Positions 29,394-38,919 of a stretch of DNA of 45,114 nt are shown one piece after another. Source of the stretch: an uncultured bacterium (GTDB lineage Bacteria > Armatimonadota > HRBIN16). The DNA lies in contig CAKZNX010000059.1 of NCBI GenBank assembly GCA_937132045.1, forward strand, positions 1-45,114, in the 5' to 3' direction. Both the position numbers and the translations under genes were made by a program. The notes beneath the pieces are model-generated. The model was not told where the DNA came from and searched no databases. It saw nothing but the letters and a program-made list of their open reading frames with translations. Each line of letters starts with the position of its first letter. The first letter of the stretch is position 1.

Positions 29394-30763
29394 GCGGCTA
29401 CCGTGTCCATTTCGCTGGCATAGGCGGAATCGGCATGAGCGCGATTGCGCTGGTATTGCATCGGCGCGGATGGCAGGTTAGCGGGTGTGACCTGAAGCTA
29501 AATGCCCTCACGCAGAGGCTTCAGCAGCAGGGCATCCGTGTGGAGGTCGGGCACGACCCTGCTCATGTGCGCGGTTGCGATGTCTTCGTGTACACGGCGG
29601 CGGTTCACGAGGACAACCCGGAGCTGATGGAGGCGCGGCGGCTGGGCGTTCGCTTGCTGAGGCGCTCACAGGCGCTGGGCATGTTGCTGGAAGGGCACAG
29701 GGGTATCGCAATCACCGGCACACACGGGAAGACCACCACCACGGCGATGGTGGCGGCGATACTGGAGGCTGCTGGCGTGGACCCGCAGGTGCTGATTGGA
29801 GGGGAAGTTCGCCGCTACGGAGGCAATGTCCGACTTGGCGCCGGAGAGTACGTGGTGGTGGAAGCCTGCGAGGCGTACGACTCGTTTCTCGACCTTCACC
29901 CGACAGTGGCGGTGATTACGAATGTGGAGGCGGAGCATCTGGACTATTACCGTACCGAAGAGCGTATGATGTGCAGCTACCAGCAGTTTGTGTCGCAGGT
30001 CGACCCGACCGGGTTTGTGGTAACGTGGGGTGACGACTGGCGCAGTCTTGAGGTCTGCCGACACTCTCGGGCGCGCGTCGTGACATTTGGCTTTGGGGAG
30101 TACGTCGAGTACGTTTCGATACCCGGTGCTGAAGACGGCAGGTTCCATCTGGAAGCGTATGGCAGACGTTTGGGCGCGATCCACCTGCGGGTTCCCGGCA
30201 GGCACAATATGTTGAACGCCACCGCAGCGGCGGCTGCCGGACTGGAGCTGGGATTTCCCTTTGACGTGGTGCGTGAGGGGCTCGAGCGCTTCGAGGGCGT
30301 TCAGCGCCGGACGGAGTTTATCGGCTCGGCGGGTGGCGTGACCATCTTCGACGACTACGGTCACCATCCGACGGAAATTGAAGCGACGCTGAGCACCCTG
30401 CGCTCGAGGTTAAAGGGACGACTGGTGGTAGCCTTCCAGCCGCACCTGTACAGCCGGACGCGGGACTTCCTGCACCAGTTTGCGGAATCGCTGGCGAAGG
30501 GATGCGATGCGCTGGTGCTGGTGGATATCTATCCTGCCAGAGAGGAACCCATACCGGGTATCAGTTCAGCGCGGCTCGCGGAGGAGGTTCGCCGCGTGAA
30601 GTCCGATCTGCCTGTGGCGCTTGCGGAAACGCCTGAGCAGGCGGTGGATGTGCTGATACGAATGGTGTGGGAAGGAGACACCGTGTTGACGCTGGGTGCT
30701 GGCGAGCTGGACCGAACCGCGAAACTGCTGCTGGAGGAGCTGGAGAGCCGTGAAACGGCGTGA
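29390..30763 (+). CDS. murC: UDP-N-acetylmuramate--L-alanine ligase
   Basis: Motifs HFAGIGGIGMSA and P-loop ITGTHGKTTTT are present. It forms an ATGA overlap with the murG stop. Confidence 0.92.
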   Translation: MSGYRVHFAGIGGIGMSAIALVLHRRGWQVSGCDLKLNALTQRLQQQGIRVEVGHDPAHVRGCDVFVYTAAVHEDNPELMEARRLGVRLLRRSQALGMLLEGHRGIAITGTHGKTTTTAMVAAILEAAGVDPQVLIGGEVRRYGGNVRLGAGEYVVVEACEAYDSFLDLHPTVAVITNVEAEHLDYYRTEERMMCSYQQFVSQVDPTGFVVTWGDDWRSLEVCRHSRARVVTFGFGEYVEYVSIPGAEDGRFHLEAYGRRLGAIHLRVPGRHNMLNATAAAAAGLELGFPFDVVREGLERFEGVQRRTEFIGSAGGVTIFDDYGHHPTEIEATLSTLRSRLKGRLVVAFQPHLYSRTRDFLHQFAESLAKGCDALVLVDIYPAREEPIPGISSARLAEEVRRVKSDLPVALAETPEQAVDVLIRMVWEGDTVLTLGAGELDRTAKLLLEELESRETA

Positions 30764-31751
30764 GAAGGTCCTCGTGTTGATGGGGGGTGACTCCACCGAG
30801 CGCGAGGTGTCGCTGTCTTCCGGGCGGCGCGTGGCGGAGGGACTGCGAGCGGCAGGCTACGAGGTGGTGGCGCTGGACGTGATATTCAGCCCGGCGGTTG
30901 CCCGTCAGCGTGCAGTGGATGCCAGCGCTTCGTGTGCTGTGGGGCTGGACGACTTCATTCAGCGCTTGAACGCGCACCAGCCGGACGTGGTGTTTATCGT
31001 TTTGCACGGCGCCCCGGGCGAGGACGGGCGGGTTCAGGCGGTTCTTGACCTGATGGGCATACCCTACACGGGTTCCGGAGTGCTGGCGAGTGCACTGGCA
31101 CTGGACAAGGTGATGACGAAGCGCGTGGTGGAGGCAGCGGGGGTGCCTGTGGCGCCGGACCTGGTGTTGAACCGATGGGACGAGCCGGAGCGCTTTGTGC
31201 AAGCAATCGGGCGCAAACTGGGCTATCCGGTCATTATCAAACCCAACACACAAGGCTCAACCATTGGGGTGCAGCGCGTGAATGACGCGGGGCAACTGAT
31301 GCCATCCCTGCAGGAGGCGTTTCGCTACGACGACTGTCTGCTTGTCGAACCGCTCATGAGCGGGGTGGAGCTGACCGTGCCCGTTGTCGGCAACCGGCAG
31401 GCGATAGCGTTGCCCATGATCGAGATTGTGCCCGCGGGCGGTTTCTACGATTATGAGGCGAAGTACACCCCGGGAGCTACGGACGAAATCATCCCGGCGC
31501 GAGTGCCCGAATGGGTGCACGAAGCCTGCGCCAGGCACGCCCTTGCGGTGCATCATGCGCTGGGCTGTCGGGGAATGTCGCGCTCCGATTTCATCTTCGA
31601 CCGCGAGCGCATCGTCTTTCTGGAGGTGAATACCATACCGGGAATGACTCCCACAAGTCTGCTGCCACGCTCCGCCGAGGCGTACGGCTGGAGTTTCGAG
31701 CGTCTGGTGCATTACATTGTGCGGCTGGCGCTCGGGGAGGAAGCGGCATGA
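30750..31751 (+). CDS. ddl: D-alanine--D-alanine ligase
   Basis: GTG 30750 gives VKRREKVLVLMGGDSTEREVSL, the canonical Ddl N-terminus. ATP-grasp motifs are present (...PVIIKPNTQGSTIGV..., EVNTIPGMT). It overlaps murC by 14 nt. Confidence 0.9.
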   Translation: MKRREKVLVLMGGDSTEREVSLSSGRRVAEGLRAAGYEVVALDVIFSPAVARQRAVDASASCAVGLDDFIQRLNAHQPDVVFIVLHGAPGEDGRVQAVLDLMGIPYTGSGVLASALALDKVMTKRVVEAAGVPVAPDLVLNRWDEPERFVQAIGRKLGYPVIIKPNTQGSTIGVQRVNDAGQLMPSLQEAFRYDDCLLVEPLMSGVELTVPVVGNRQAIALPMIEIVPAGGFYDYEAKYTPGATDEIIPARVPEWVHEACARHALAVHHALGCRGMSRSDFIFDRERIVFLEVNTIPGMTPTSLLPRSAEAYGWSFERLVHYIVRLALGEEAA

Positions 31752-32524
31752 GCGCCCGAATTCAGTCTGCACGCAGCGCGTCTGCACAGCGACCGAGGCG
31801 TTCTTTCTGGCGTTCGCTGCGCTCTGTGCTCTGGTTTGCTCTGGCAGTGGAGGCTCTGCTGGCGCTGAGATTCAGCCCGGCGTTTGCCATCAGGGAGGTT
31901 CGGGTGGAGGGTATCCATCTGACCACGCCCGCGCAGGTGATACGGGTGGCAGGGATTGGCAACGGGAGCAACTGGGTGTTGCTTGGCAGGTCTCAGATTG
32001 CGGGCAGACTGGAGCGCCTGCCGACAGTGGCGGAGGCGGTGGTGTCGCACGGAATGCCGGGCAGGGTGCTGGTTCGGGTGTTTGAGCGCCAGCCGGTGGC
32101 ACTGCTCTGCACGGGGGATGGCGCGTACTGGGTGGACGAGAGGGGCGTACCCTTCTGGCAACCCGAGGCAAAGAGCGTCCTGCCCGCCATACGAGTGGAG
32201 ACGTCGTTGAAGGTGGTGATGGGAAGGGCAATCAACCACGACGGTGTTCAGAGTGCGCTGGAGATTCTGTGCCGATATCTTCCGAAGTATCCCCTGCCGG
32301 TGGCGGAAATCACCGTTGACCGTGAGGGCAATCTATGTTTAAATATGAGGGGCGGACTTCCCCACGTGCGAATAGGCGACGGTGCAGAACTCTCGCAAAA
32401 GATGGTGCGAACCGCCGAGCTGTGGTCTCATCCGCAGATTGTTCGGCAAGCGGAGTACTTCGACGTCAGCTGCGTCGACAAGCCGGTCTGGAAGCCACGG
32501 GCGACAGCAAAGGGGGCGATGTAG
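31748..32524 (+). CDS. ftsQ: cell-division protein FtsQ/DivIB
   Basis: ATG 31748 forms an ATGA overlap with the ddl stop. It has a basic N-terminus, a TM helix (VLWFALAVEALLAL), and a POTRA-like start (FAIREVRVEGIHLTTPAQV). The position is canonical. Confidence 0.75.
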   Translation: MSARIQSARSASAQRPRRSFWRSLRSVLWFALAVEALLALRFSPAFAIREVRVEGIHLTTPAQVIRVAGIGNGSNWVLLGRSQIAGRLERLPTVAEAVVSHGMPGRVLVRVFERQPVALLCTGDGAYWVDERGVPFWQPEAKSVLPAIRVETSLKVVMGRAINHDGVQSALEILCRYLPKYPLPVAEITVDREGNLCLNMRGGLPHVRIGDGAELSQKMVRTAELWSHPQIVRQAEYFDVSCVDKPVWKPRATAKGAM

Positions 32525-33322
32525 ATGAATCTAAACGTATTTCTCTCCAGTATTCGAAACAATTCCTGGGTTATGCCGGTGACGGTGATGGCGCTCGTAC
32601 TGGGCGCTTTACTGGCAATATCGCTGAAGACCCAGCAAAGCATCCGCTCGACGTCGCTGCCATCCAACCGCTTTTCGGGTCTCGCGGCAGCATATCGGGA
32701 TCAGCAGGAGCAAATCAAACTGGCGAACGAGGAGATTCGCAAACTGCGCGAGCGCACCACTCAGTACGAGAACGAAATGGCAAGCGCCTCGGAGAAGGCG
32801 AAACTGCTGAACCAGTCCCTGCAGGAGGCGAAGTTTCTGGCTGGGTTGACGGAGGTGCGAGGACCAGGTGTGGAGGTCATTCTACAGGACAGCAAGAAGC
32901 GCCCGCCGGCCAACTCGCCGATCGATATCGAGAACTACATTGTCCATGACTCGGATTTGCAGAGGGTGGTCAACGAACTGCACGCGGCGGGAGCGGAAGC
33001 GGTGTCGATTAACGGTCAACGCATCATTGCTAACACGGCGATACGCTGTGTGGGACCGACCGTGCAGGTGAACGGTATTGCGCTGTCCTCGCCGTATGTG
33101 ATTGCAGCGATCGGTGACCCGGACACACTGGTCAGTGCGCTGAACCTGCCTCAGGGGGTGCTGACGGACATTCAGGCGATTGACCCGGGCATGGTGAAAG
33201 TGGTGAAGAAAAACGAGATCATCATACTGGCGTACACTGGCAGCCTCGTTTTTCGCTACGCAAAGCCGGTGGGGACGACGCCTGGCAGCTCGTCGCAGGG
33301 AGAGGAGAACGTTTCCCAATGA
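32525..33322 (+). CDS. DUF881-family division-cluster protein (YlxW/YlxX-like)
   Basis: N-terminal TM helix, a coiled segment (EQIKLANEEIRKLRERTTQYENE), and then the DUF881-typical motif VRGPGVEVILQD. The start codon lies directly after the ftsQ stop. Confidence 0.75.
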   Translation: MNLNVFLSSIRNNSWVMPVTVMALVLGALLAISLKTQQSIRSTSLPSNRFSGLAAAYRDQQEQIKLANEEIRKLRERTTQYENEMASASEKAKLLNQSLQEAKFLAGLTEVRGPGVEVILQDSKKRPPANSPIDIENYIVHDSDLQRVVNELHAAGAEAVSINGQRIIANTAIRCVGPTVQVNGIALSSPYVIAAIGDPDTLVSALNLPQGVLTDIQAIDPGMVKVVKKNEIIILAYTGSLVFRYAKPVGTTPGSSSQGEENVSQ

Positions 33323-33687
33323 ACTGGCTACCTGTTGTCGCATTACTGGCAGGATTTCTGGTATTTTACTTCGTGCCGCTGGAGCTGCCCAGTGATTACG
33401 CGCCCTACCTGAGCCTGGCGACTTTGTCCGGACTGGATTCGATTTTGGGGGGAATCCGTGCAGGTATTGAGGGCAAGTTTCACGTAGATGTATTCATATC
33501 AGGTTTCATCTTCAACACACTGCTGGCAGCGTTGCTGGCGTACCTGGGCGACCAGATAGGGGTAGACCTCTTTCTGGCGGCGGTAGTCACCCTCGGTGGG
33601 CGGATGTTTTTGAACCTTTCTCTTATCCGCCGGTATTATCTGACTCAGTGGAGCATATCCCGGCAACGGGACACCGAGAGAACCTGA
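33319..33687 (+). CDS. sbp: small basic protein Sbp (DUF1290)
   Basis: 122 aa with four hydrophobic segments (…YLSLATLSGLDSILGGIRAG…FISGFIFNTLLAALLAYLGD…). It forms an ATGA overlap with the DUF881 stop and lies immediately upstream of ftsA, as in Bacillus. Confidence 0.7.
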   Translation: MNWLPVVALLAGFLVFYFVPLELPSDYAPYLSLATLSGLDSILGGIRAGIEGKFHVDVFISGFIFNTLLAALLAYLGDQIGVDLFLAAVVTLGGRMFLNLSLIRRYYLTQWSISRQRDTERT

Positions 33688-33704
33688 GACGGGAGTTCAC
33701 TACT

Positions 33705-34922
33705 ATGATTGCCGGACTGGATATCGGCACAACGAAGATTGCAGTGCTCATTGCGGATGTTACCGATGACATGCGGGTCAACATCATCGGGGTTGGGCTG
33801 ACGCCATCCAAAGGGTTGCGCAAAGGAGCGGTTGTGGATATCGAGCAGGCGACCGAGTCCATCGTGCGGGCTGTCGAGCAGGCAGAGCACATGGCGGGGC
33901 GGCGCATCGAGTCGGTATACGTGGGTGTGACGGGCGAGCATCTCCGCTCGCTGAACTCGAAGGGCATGATTGCGGTGACCTCCCCGACCCGCGAAATCTC
34001 GCGTGAAGATGTGGAGCGCGTGATGGAGAGTTCGCGCACGGTGGTGTTGACGCCTGACCGCGAGATTATCCATGCGATTCCGCGAGGCTACGTGGTGGAT
34101 GGACAGAACGGCATCCGGCATCCCGAAGGAATGAGTGGCTCCCGTCTGGAGGTGGAAACGCACATCGTCCACGGTAGCACCACGTTTCTGCAGAACATTA
34201 CCAAGTGTGTTGCGCGCGCACAACTGCAACTGAACGAGCTGGTAGTGGAACCGATAGCCACTGCGGAGGCAGTGTTGACGGAAGCGGAGCGCAATCTCGG
34301 GGTGGCTCTGGCTGACATCGGTGGAGGAACCACCGACGTAGCGGTTTTCACCGACGGTGAGATATACTATACGGGAGTCATCCCTATCGGCGGCAACCAC
34401 GTCACCAACGACATCTCGATGGGGTTGCGCACGCCCCCTGAAGAGAGTGAGCGTGTCAAGCTGCAGTATGCCTGTGCGTTGAGGGACCTGGTTGGCGAGA
34501 ACGAAGTAGTGCCTCATCGCCCGATGGGTAGCACCGAAGAGCGGAAGGTTCCTGCCCGTGTGCTGACGGAGATTGTGGAACCGCGAATGCGCGAGCTTTT
34601 TGAGCTGGTGTACGAGGAGATTAAGAAGTCGGGAACCGCTGGTATGCTGCCCGGCGGGCTGGTTCTGAGTGGGGGCGGCAGTCTGATGCGCGGTGTGGCG
34701 GAGCTGGCGCGCGAGGCTACCGACATGCCGGTTCGTGTAGGCATGCCGATGAATGTCGGCGGGCTGGCTGACAAGGTGAGCAGTCCGGTGTTTGCCACCG
34801 GTGTGGGGCTTCTGGTTTACGGGATGAAACGTTCCTACTCCTTCAGCGAGGACCGTCACCGGCCGTTCTGGCGCAGGATGGTGGACCGGTTTCAGCGCTG
34901 GCTGTCGCGTTACGCAAAGTAA
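33705..34922 (+). CDS. ftsA: cell-division protein FtsA
   Basis: Actin-fold N-terminus MIAGLDIGTTKIAVLIADV, the motif DIGGGTTDVAVF, and a C-terminal amphipathic helix (FWRRMVDRFQRWLSRY). RBS GGGAG is upstream. Confidence 0.92.
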   Translation: MIAGLDIGTTKIAVLIADVTDDMRVNIIGVGLTPSKGLRKGAVVDIEQATESIVRAVEQAEHMAGRRIESVYVGVTGEHLRSLNSKGMIAVTSPTREISREDVERVMESSRTVVLTPDREIIHAIPRGYVVDGQNGIRHPEGMSGSRLEVETHIVHGSTTFLQNITKCVARAQLQLNELVVEPIATAEAVLTEAERNLGVALADIGGGTTDVAVFTDGEIYYTGVIPIGGNHVTNDISMGLRTPPEESERVKLQYACALRDLVGENEVVPHRPMGSTEERKVPARVLTEIVEPRMRELFELVYEEIKKSGTAGMLPGGLVLSGGGSLMRGVAELAREATDMPVRVGMPMNVGGLADKVSSPVFATGVGLLVYGMKRSYSFSEDRHRPFWRRMVDRFQRWLSRYAK

Positions 34923-34951
34923 CCTAAATTTGACATAGGGGGCTAATACTA

Positions 34952-36100
34952 ATGGCTGGCGTACGACAGTATGCTCAGATTAAGGTCATCGGCATCGGTG
35001 GGGGCGGCACCAACGCCGTGAACCGCATGATTGAGGCGGGTTTAGTTGGTGTGGATTTTTGTGCCATGAACACCGATGTGCAGGTACTGGAGATTTCGGC
35101 AGCGGAGCGGAAGGTGCAGCTGGGCGAGAACCTCACCCGGGGACTGGGGGCGGGCGGTAATCCGCATATCGGACGCAGCGCCGCCGAGGAGAGCAAAAAC
35201 GAAATCATGAAGGCGCTGGAAGGGGCGGACATGGTGTTCATCACCGCAGGCATGGGCGGTGGTACGGGCACCGGGGCAGCGCCTGTCGTGGCGCAGCTGG
35301 CGAAAGAGATGGGCGCCCTCGCTGTTGCTGTGGTAACGAAGCCTTTCAACTTCGAGGGTCCACGTCGGATGCAGATTGCAGAGGAGGGGGTAGCCAACCT
35401 GCGCGAGCATGTGGACACACTCATCGTCATTCCCAACGAACGCCTGTTGAACGTGGTGGAGAAACGCACTACTCTGGTGGAAGCCTTCCGCGCCGCCGAC
35501 GATATCCTGCGGCAGGGCGTGCAGGGCATTTCCGACATTATCACCATACCCGGCTTGATCAACGTAGACTTCGCGGATGTCAAGACCATCATGTCCAATG
35601 CCGGACCGGCGCTGATGGGCATCGGGCATGGTAGTGGCGAGCACCGCGCCCGTGAAGCCGCCGAGGGCGCAACGAACAGCCCGCTTCTGGAGACCTCTAT
35701 CGATGGGGCTCAGCGTGTGCTCATCAACGTCACGAGCGGTCCCGACATGACCCTGCAGGAACTGAGCGAAGCGGCAGCGGTGATCCAGAGCCTTTGCGAC
35801 CTGGAGACCGCCCACATCATCTACGGACACGTGGTGGACCCGAAGCTGGAGGGCGAGGTCAAAATCACCGTTCTGGCAGCGGGTCTACCAGCATCGTCGC
35901 AGGGCAGTCTTGCCGAGCGCCCCGCCCAGCGTGCAGAGCCAGTGCGTCGGGCGGAACCTGTCGGAGAGCGCCTTCCGGGAGCGCCAACCCGTCCTGCAGA
36001 GCGCACTCCGGCATCCTCCGCTCCGGAGCGTCAGCCGCAGCAGGCGCCCACCGACAGCACCGACTACGACATCCCAACATTCCTGCGCCGGCGCAATTGA
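34952..36100 (+). CDS. ftsZ: cell-division GTPase FtsZ
   Basis: Tubulin signature [13 protein letters not shown], a Pro/Ala-rich linker, and the conserved C-terminal peptide [11 protein letters not shown]. Confidence 0.97.
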   Translation: MAGVRQYAQIKVIGIGGGGTNAVNRMIEAGLVGVDFCAMNTDVQVLEISAAERKVQLGENLTRGLGAGGNPHIGRSAAEESKNEIMKALEGADMVFITAGMGGGTGTGAAPVVAQLAKEMGALAVAVVTKPFNFEGPRRMQIAEEGVANLREHVDTLIVIPNERLLNVVEKRTTLVEAFRAADDILRQGVQGISDIITIPGLINVDFADVKTIMSNAGPALMGIGHGSGEHRAREAAEGATNSPLLETSIDGAQRVLINVTSGPDMTLQELSEAAAVIQSLCDLETAHIIYGHVVDPKLEGEVKITVLAAGLPASSQGSLAERPAQRAEPVRRAEPVGERLPGAPTRPAERTPASSAPERQPQQAPTDSTDYDIPTFLRRRN

Positions 36101-36128
36101 CGCCGCCGGGTTCAGGCTCCCTGAATGA

Positions 36129-36160
36129 CAGGGCGAGGCGATGCTCCTCGCCCTGTTTCT
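36129..36160 (+). terminator. rho-independent terminator after ftsZ
   Basis: CAGGGCGAGG (36129-36138), a 7-nt loop, CCTCGCCCTG (36146-36155), followed by TTTCT. It abuts the stop of the convergent TIM-barrel gene. Confidence 0.55.
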
Positions 36161-36944
36161 ACACCCCTGCGATGATGCGGTCGATGCGGTACGCGACATC
36201 CCTGAGGTAAGCCGCGTCGCCGCCCCCGAGTTCGGCGGTCAGAAAGCCCCTGTAGCCAATCTCGTCCAGTGCCCTGCGCACTTCGCGCCAGTTCACGTCG
36301 CCCTCCAGCAGGTTCACAAACTGGCGGGTATTGCGTTTGAAATCCTTCAGGTGCACCCGCTGAATGCGTCTGCCCAGCGTGCGTATCCAGTCCTCGGACC
36401 ATCCAAACGCCAGCACGTTGCCCACGTCAAAGTATGCCCTCACGAACGGGCTCCGAAACTCGTCCACATACCGCGCGAACTCGAGCGGGCTCAGCAGGAA
36501 GTTGTTCCACACGTTCTCTACTGCGATCACCACTTTCAGCTTTTCTGCCAGCGGTATCAGTTTGCGAATAGCCTGCTGGGAGCGGGTGTACGCATCCGCG
36601 TAACGGGTGCTTTCGTTCACAATAGCCGGCACCAGCAGCACGGTGTCTGCCCCGAGTTCTCGGGCGCAGTGCAATGCCGACTGCACGTCCGCAATCCCCT
36701 TTTCCACCACGCGCGGGTCGCTGCTGGATAGGGGAGCGTGCCAGCCCCCATAGATGATCGAGTGGATCGGCACACCACTCGCCTCCGAGGCTGCGCGCAT
36801 CTTCCGAATCTCTTCCGGGTCGCTGGTGGGGGGAACCTCGATGCCGTCGAAACCCACTTCTGCTGCCAGCTTGAATCGCTCGACATAGCCGAGATTGCCC
36901 GGTAACATCGAGAACACCAGCGCCTTCTTCAACGTGCCCTGCAT
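36159..36944 (-). CDS. xylose-isomerase-like TIM-barrel sugar (phosphate) isomerase/epimerase
   Basis: I moved the start to ATG 36944 (MQGTLKKALVFSMLPGNLGYVERFKLAAEVGFDGIEV), which has RBS GAGGAGGA. Internal motifs VIAVENVWN and HLKDF are typical of this TIM-barrel family. The 90-aa extension in the track is shadow ORF. Confidence 0.75.
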   Translation of the reverse strand: MQGTLKKALVFSMLPGNLGYVERFKLAAEVGFDGIEVPPTSDPEEIRKMRAASEASGVPIHSIIYGGWHAPLSSSDPRVVEKGIADVQSALHCARELGADTVLLVPAIVNESTRYADAYTRSQQAIRKLIPLAEKLKVVIAVENVWNNFLLSPLEFARYVDEFRSPFVRAYFDVGNVLAFGWSEDWIRTLGRRIQRVHLKDFKRNTRQFVNLLEGDVNWREVRRALDEIGYRGFLTAELGGGDAAYLRDVAYRIDRIIAGV

Positions 36945-37102
36945 TGCCACTATCCTCCTCGTCCTGCAGTCGTAGGTGCTCTTCCATGCCGAACCGCTCG
37001 AATCCTGCGACCGCGGGGCGCAGGAAATGAACCCGTCAGAGGGAATGTATGGGTGATGTTTGACGAAACGGGCGACAGGGCTTCTCTCAAGGAGTGACAG
37101 CG

Positions 37103-38041
37103 ATGCCGCAGGTGCTGTCGATGGGTGAATTGCTGGTGGAGGTAATGCGTCCGGGGGTGGACGAACCTCTGGACAGGCAGGGCACTTTTGTGGGACCTTT
37201 CCCCAGTGGCGCACCAGCCATATTTATCGATGCGGTAGCGCGACTGGGCGTCTCGTGCGGGTTTGTCGGTGTGGTGGGCGATGATCCCTTTGGGCGGTGC
37301 GTGCTGAACAGACTGACGCGGGACGGAGTGGATGTGCGGCACGTTCGATTGGTATCGCATCGAACCACCGGAATCGCATTTGTCGCGTATCGCTCGGACG
37401 GTTCACGCCAGTTTGTTTTCCACCTTCCGCAGTCGGCGGCGGCTTTGCTGTCGCCGGACGATGTGCGCAAAGAGTATCTGGAGGGGGTGCGTGCACTGCA
37501 CATCACGGGGTCGGCACTGGCGATAAGCGACAGCGCGCGCGAGGCTTGCTACCGCGCGGTAAGGCTGTGTAAACAGCGTGGGGGGATGGTGAGTTTCGAC
37601 CCCAACGTCCGACCGGAGCTGCTCGGTGTGGAAGCGGTGCAGGCGCTGTGCGAACCCGTTCTGGCGAGTTGCGATGTTCTCCTGCCCAGCGGCGCGGAGG
37701 CAACCATGCTGAGTGGCGACACCGATGAGGAGACTGCCTGTCAGAAGCTGGTGGCGTCGGGCATACCCATCGTGGTGCTGAAGCGCGGCGCTCAGGGGTG
37801 CTCGGTCTTCACCGACCAGCTTCGAGCCGAGGTACCCGCCTATCCCGTGAACGAGGTGGACCCGACCGGCGCAGGTGACGCCTTCGCGGGCGGTTTCGTG
37901 GTGGCGCTGTTACGGGGTATGTCGGTGCAAGAGGCGGCGCGGTTCGCAAGCGCCGTAGGCGCGATGGCGGTGACGAGGCAGGGACCCATGGAAGGACTAC
38001 CCACCTTGTCGCAGCTGGAGTCCTTCCTGTGCTCGCGGTGA
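37103..38041 (+). CDS. PfkB-family carbohydrate kinase
   Basis: N-terminal GELLVE motif and the C-terminal PfkB signature DPTGAGDAFAGGFV. RBS AAGGAG lies 8 nt upstream of ATG 37103. Confidence 0.8.
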   Translation: MPQVLSMGELLVEVMRPGVDEPLDRQGTFVGPFPSGAPAIFIDAVARLGVSCGFVGVVGDDPFGRCVLNRLTRDGVDVRHVRLVSHRTTGIAFVAYRSDGSRQFVFHLPQSAAALLSPDDVRKEYLEGVRALHITGSALAISDSAREACYRAVRLCKQRGGMVSFDPNVRPELLGVEAVQALCEPVLASCDVLLPSGAEATMLSGDTDEETACQKLVASGIPIVVLKRGAQGCSVFTDQLRAEVPAYPVNEVDPTGAGDAFAGGFVVALLRGMSVQEAARFASAVGAMAVTRQGPMEGLPTLSQLESFLCSR

Positions 38042-38050
38042 GGAGGCAAC

Positions 38051-38905
38051 ATGAGCGAAAGCTTGAAACAGGCGCTGAATCGCCAACGGCAGGCGGGTCA
38101 AGCGCTCCTCGCAACCAACTTCTACAACGCCGAAACGCTGCTGGCGGTGCTGAGGGCGGCTCAGCGGGCTGGTTCCGCGCTGATCCTGCAGACGTCGCCT
38201 TCCACCATCTCCTATCTGGGCTTACGAACTGCAGCGGCGATGGCTCGGGCTGCGGCGCGGGAGCTGGGCGTACAGGCGTGGCTTCATCTCGACCACGCAC
38301 GCGATATCGGACTGATAGCCCGCTGTATCGAGGCTGGTTACGACTCGGTGATGGTAGATGCCAGCAGCGAGCCGTTTGAAGAGAACGTCCGCGTCACGCG
38401 CGAGGTGGTGTCTTTAGCGCGAGCACATGGCGTGCTCGTCGAGGCGGAGCTGGGGTACATTCCCAAACTGGGCGAGCGCGAAGCGGAGCAGTTCGAGATG
38501 ACCTCCCCCGAGCAGGCGGAGAGCTTTGTGGCTGAGACAGGTGCAGACCTGCTGGCAGTGGCGATCGGCAACGCTCACGGTTTCTACCAACGCGAGCCGC
38601 GATTGGACATGGATCGCCTTACTGCTATCCGGCAGCAAACAGGGGCGTTTCTGGTATTGCACGGCGCTTCGGGCATTCCCGATGAACAGTGGCGCCAGGC
38701 AGTGAGAGGCGGCATCGTGAAGGTGAACTTTGCCACCGAGATCAAGGATACCCTCATGGTGCATCTGCGCACGGCGCTACAGTCGTCAGACAGCATCGAC
38801 CTGCGCACGGTGTTTCCGCCAGCGATGGACGCAGTGACACAGCTGGTGCTGAGCAAACTGGCGCTGTGCGCGGGGCAGGAAAACGCGCCACACTCGATGA
38901 AATAG
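38051..38905 (+). CDS. class II (metal-dependent) ketose-bisphosphate aldolase (FbaA/GatY/KbaY family)
   Basis: Motifs LHLDHA and LVLHGASGIP are present. Length is 284 aa. RBS AGGAGG is upstream. Confidence 0.8.
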   Translation: MSESLKQALNRQRQAGQALLATNFYNAETLLAVLRAAQRAGSALILQTSPSTISYLGLRTAAAMARAAARELGVQAWLHLDHARDIGLIARCIEAGYDSVMVDASSEPFEENVRVTREVVSLARAHGVLVEAELGYIPKLGEREAEQFEMTSPEQAESFVAETGADLLAVAIGNAHGFYQREPRLDMDRLTAIRQQTGAFLVLHGASGIPDEQWRQAVRGGIVKVNFATEIKDTLMVHLRTALQSSDSIDLRTVFPPAMDAVTQLVLSKLALCAGQENAPHSMK

Positions 38906-38919
38906 AGACCTGCAGAGTG

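Noticed and set aside
29390-31751. Absence of murB between murC and ddl as evidence of a deletion or novel pathway
   Set aside because: The location of murB is variable among bacteria and it is often encoded elsewhere. There is no scar, pseudogene or gap at the 14-nt murC/ddl overlap.
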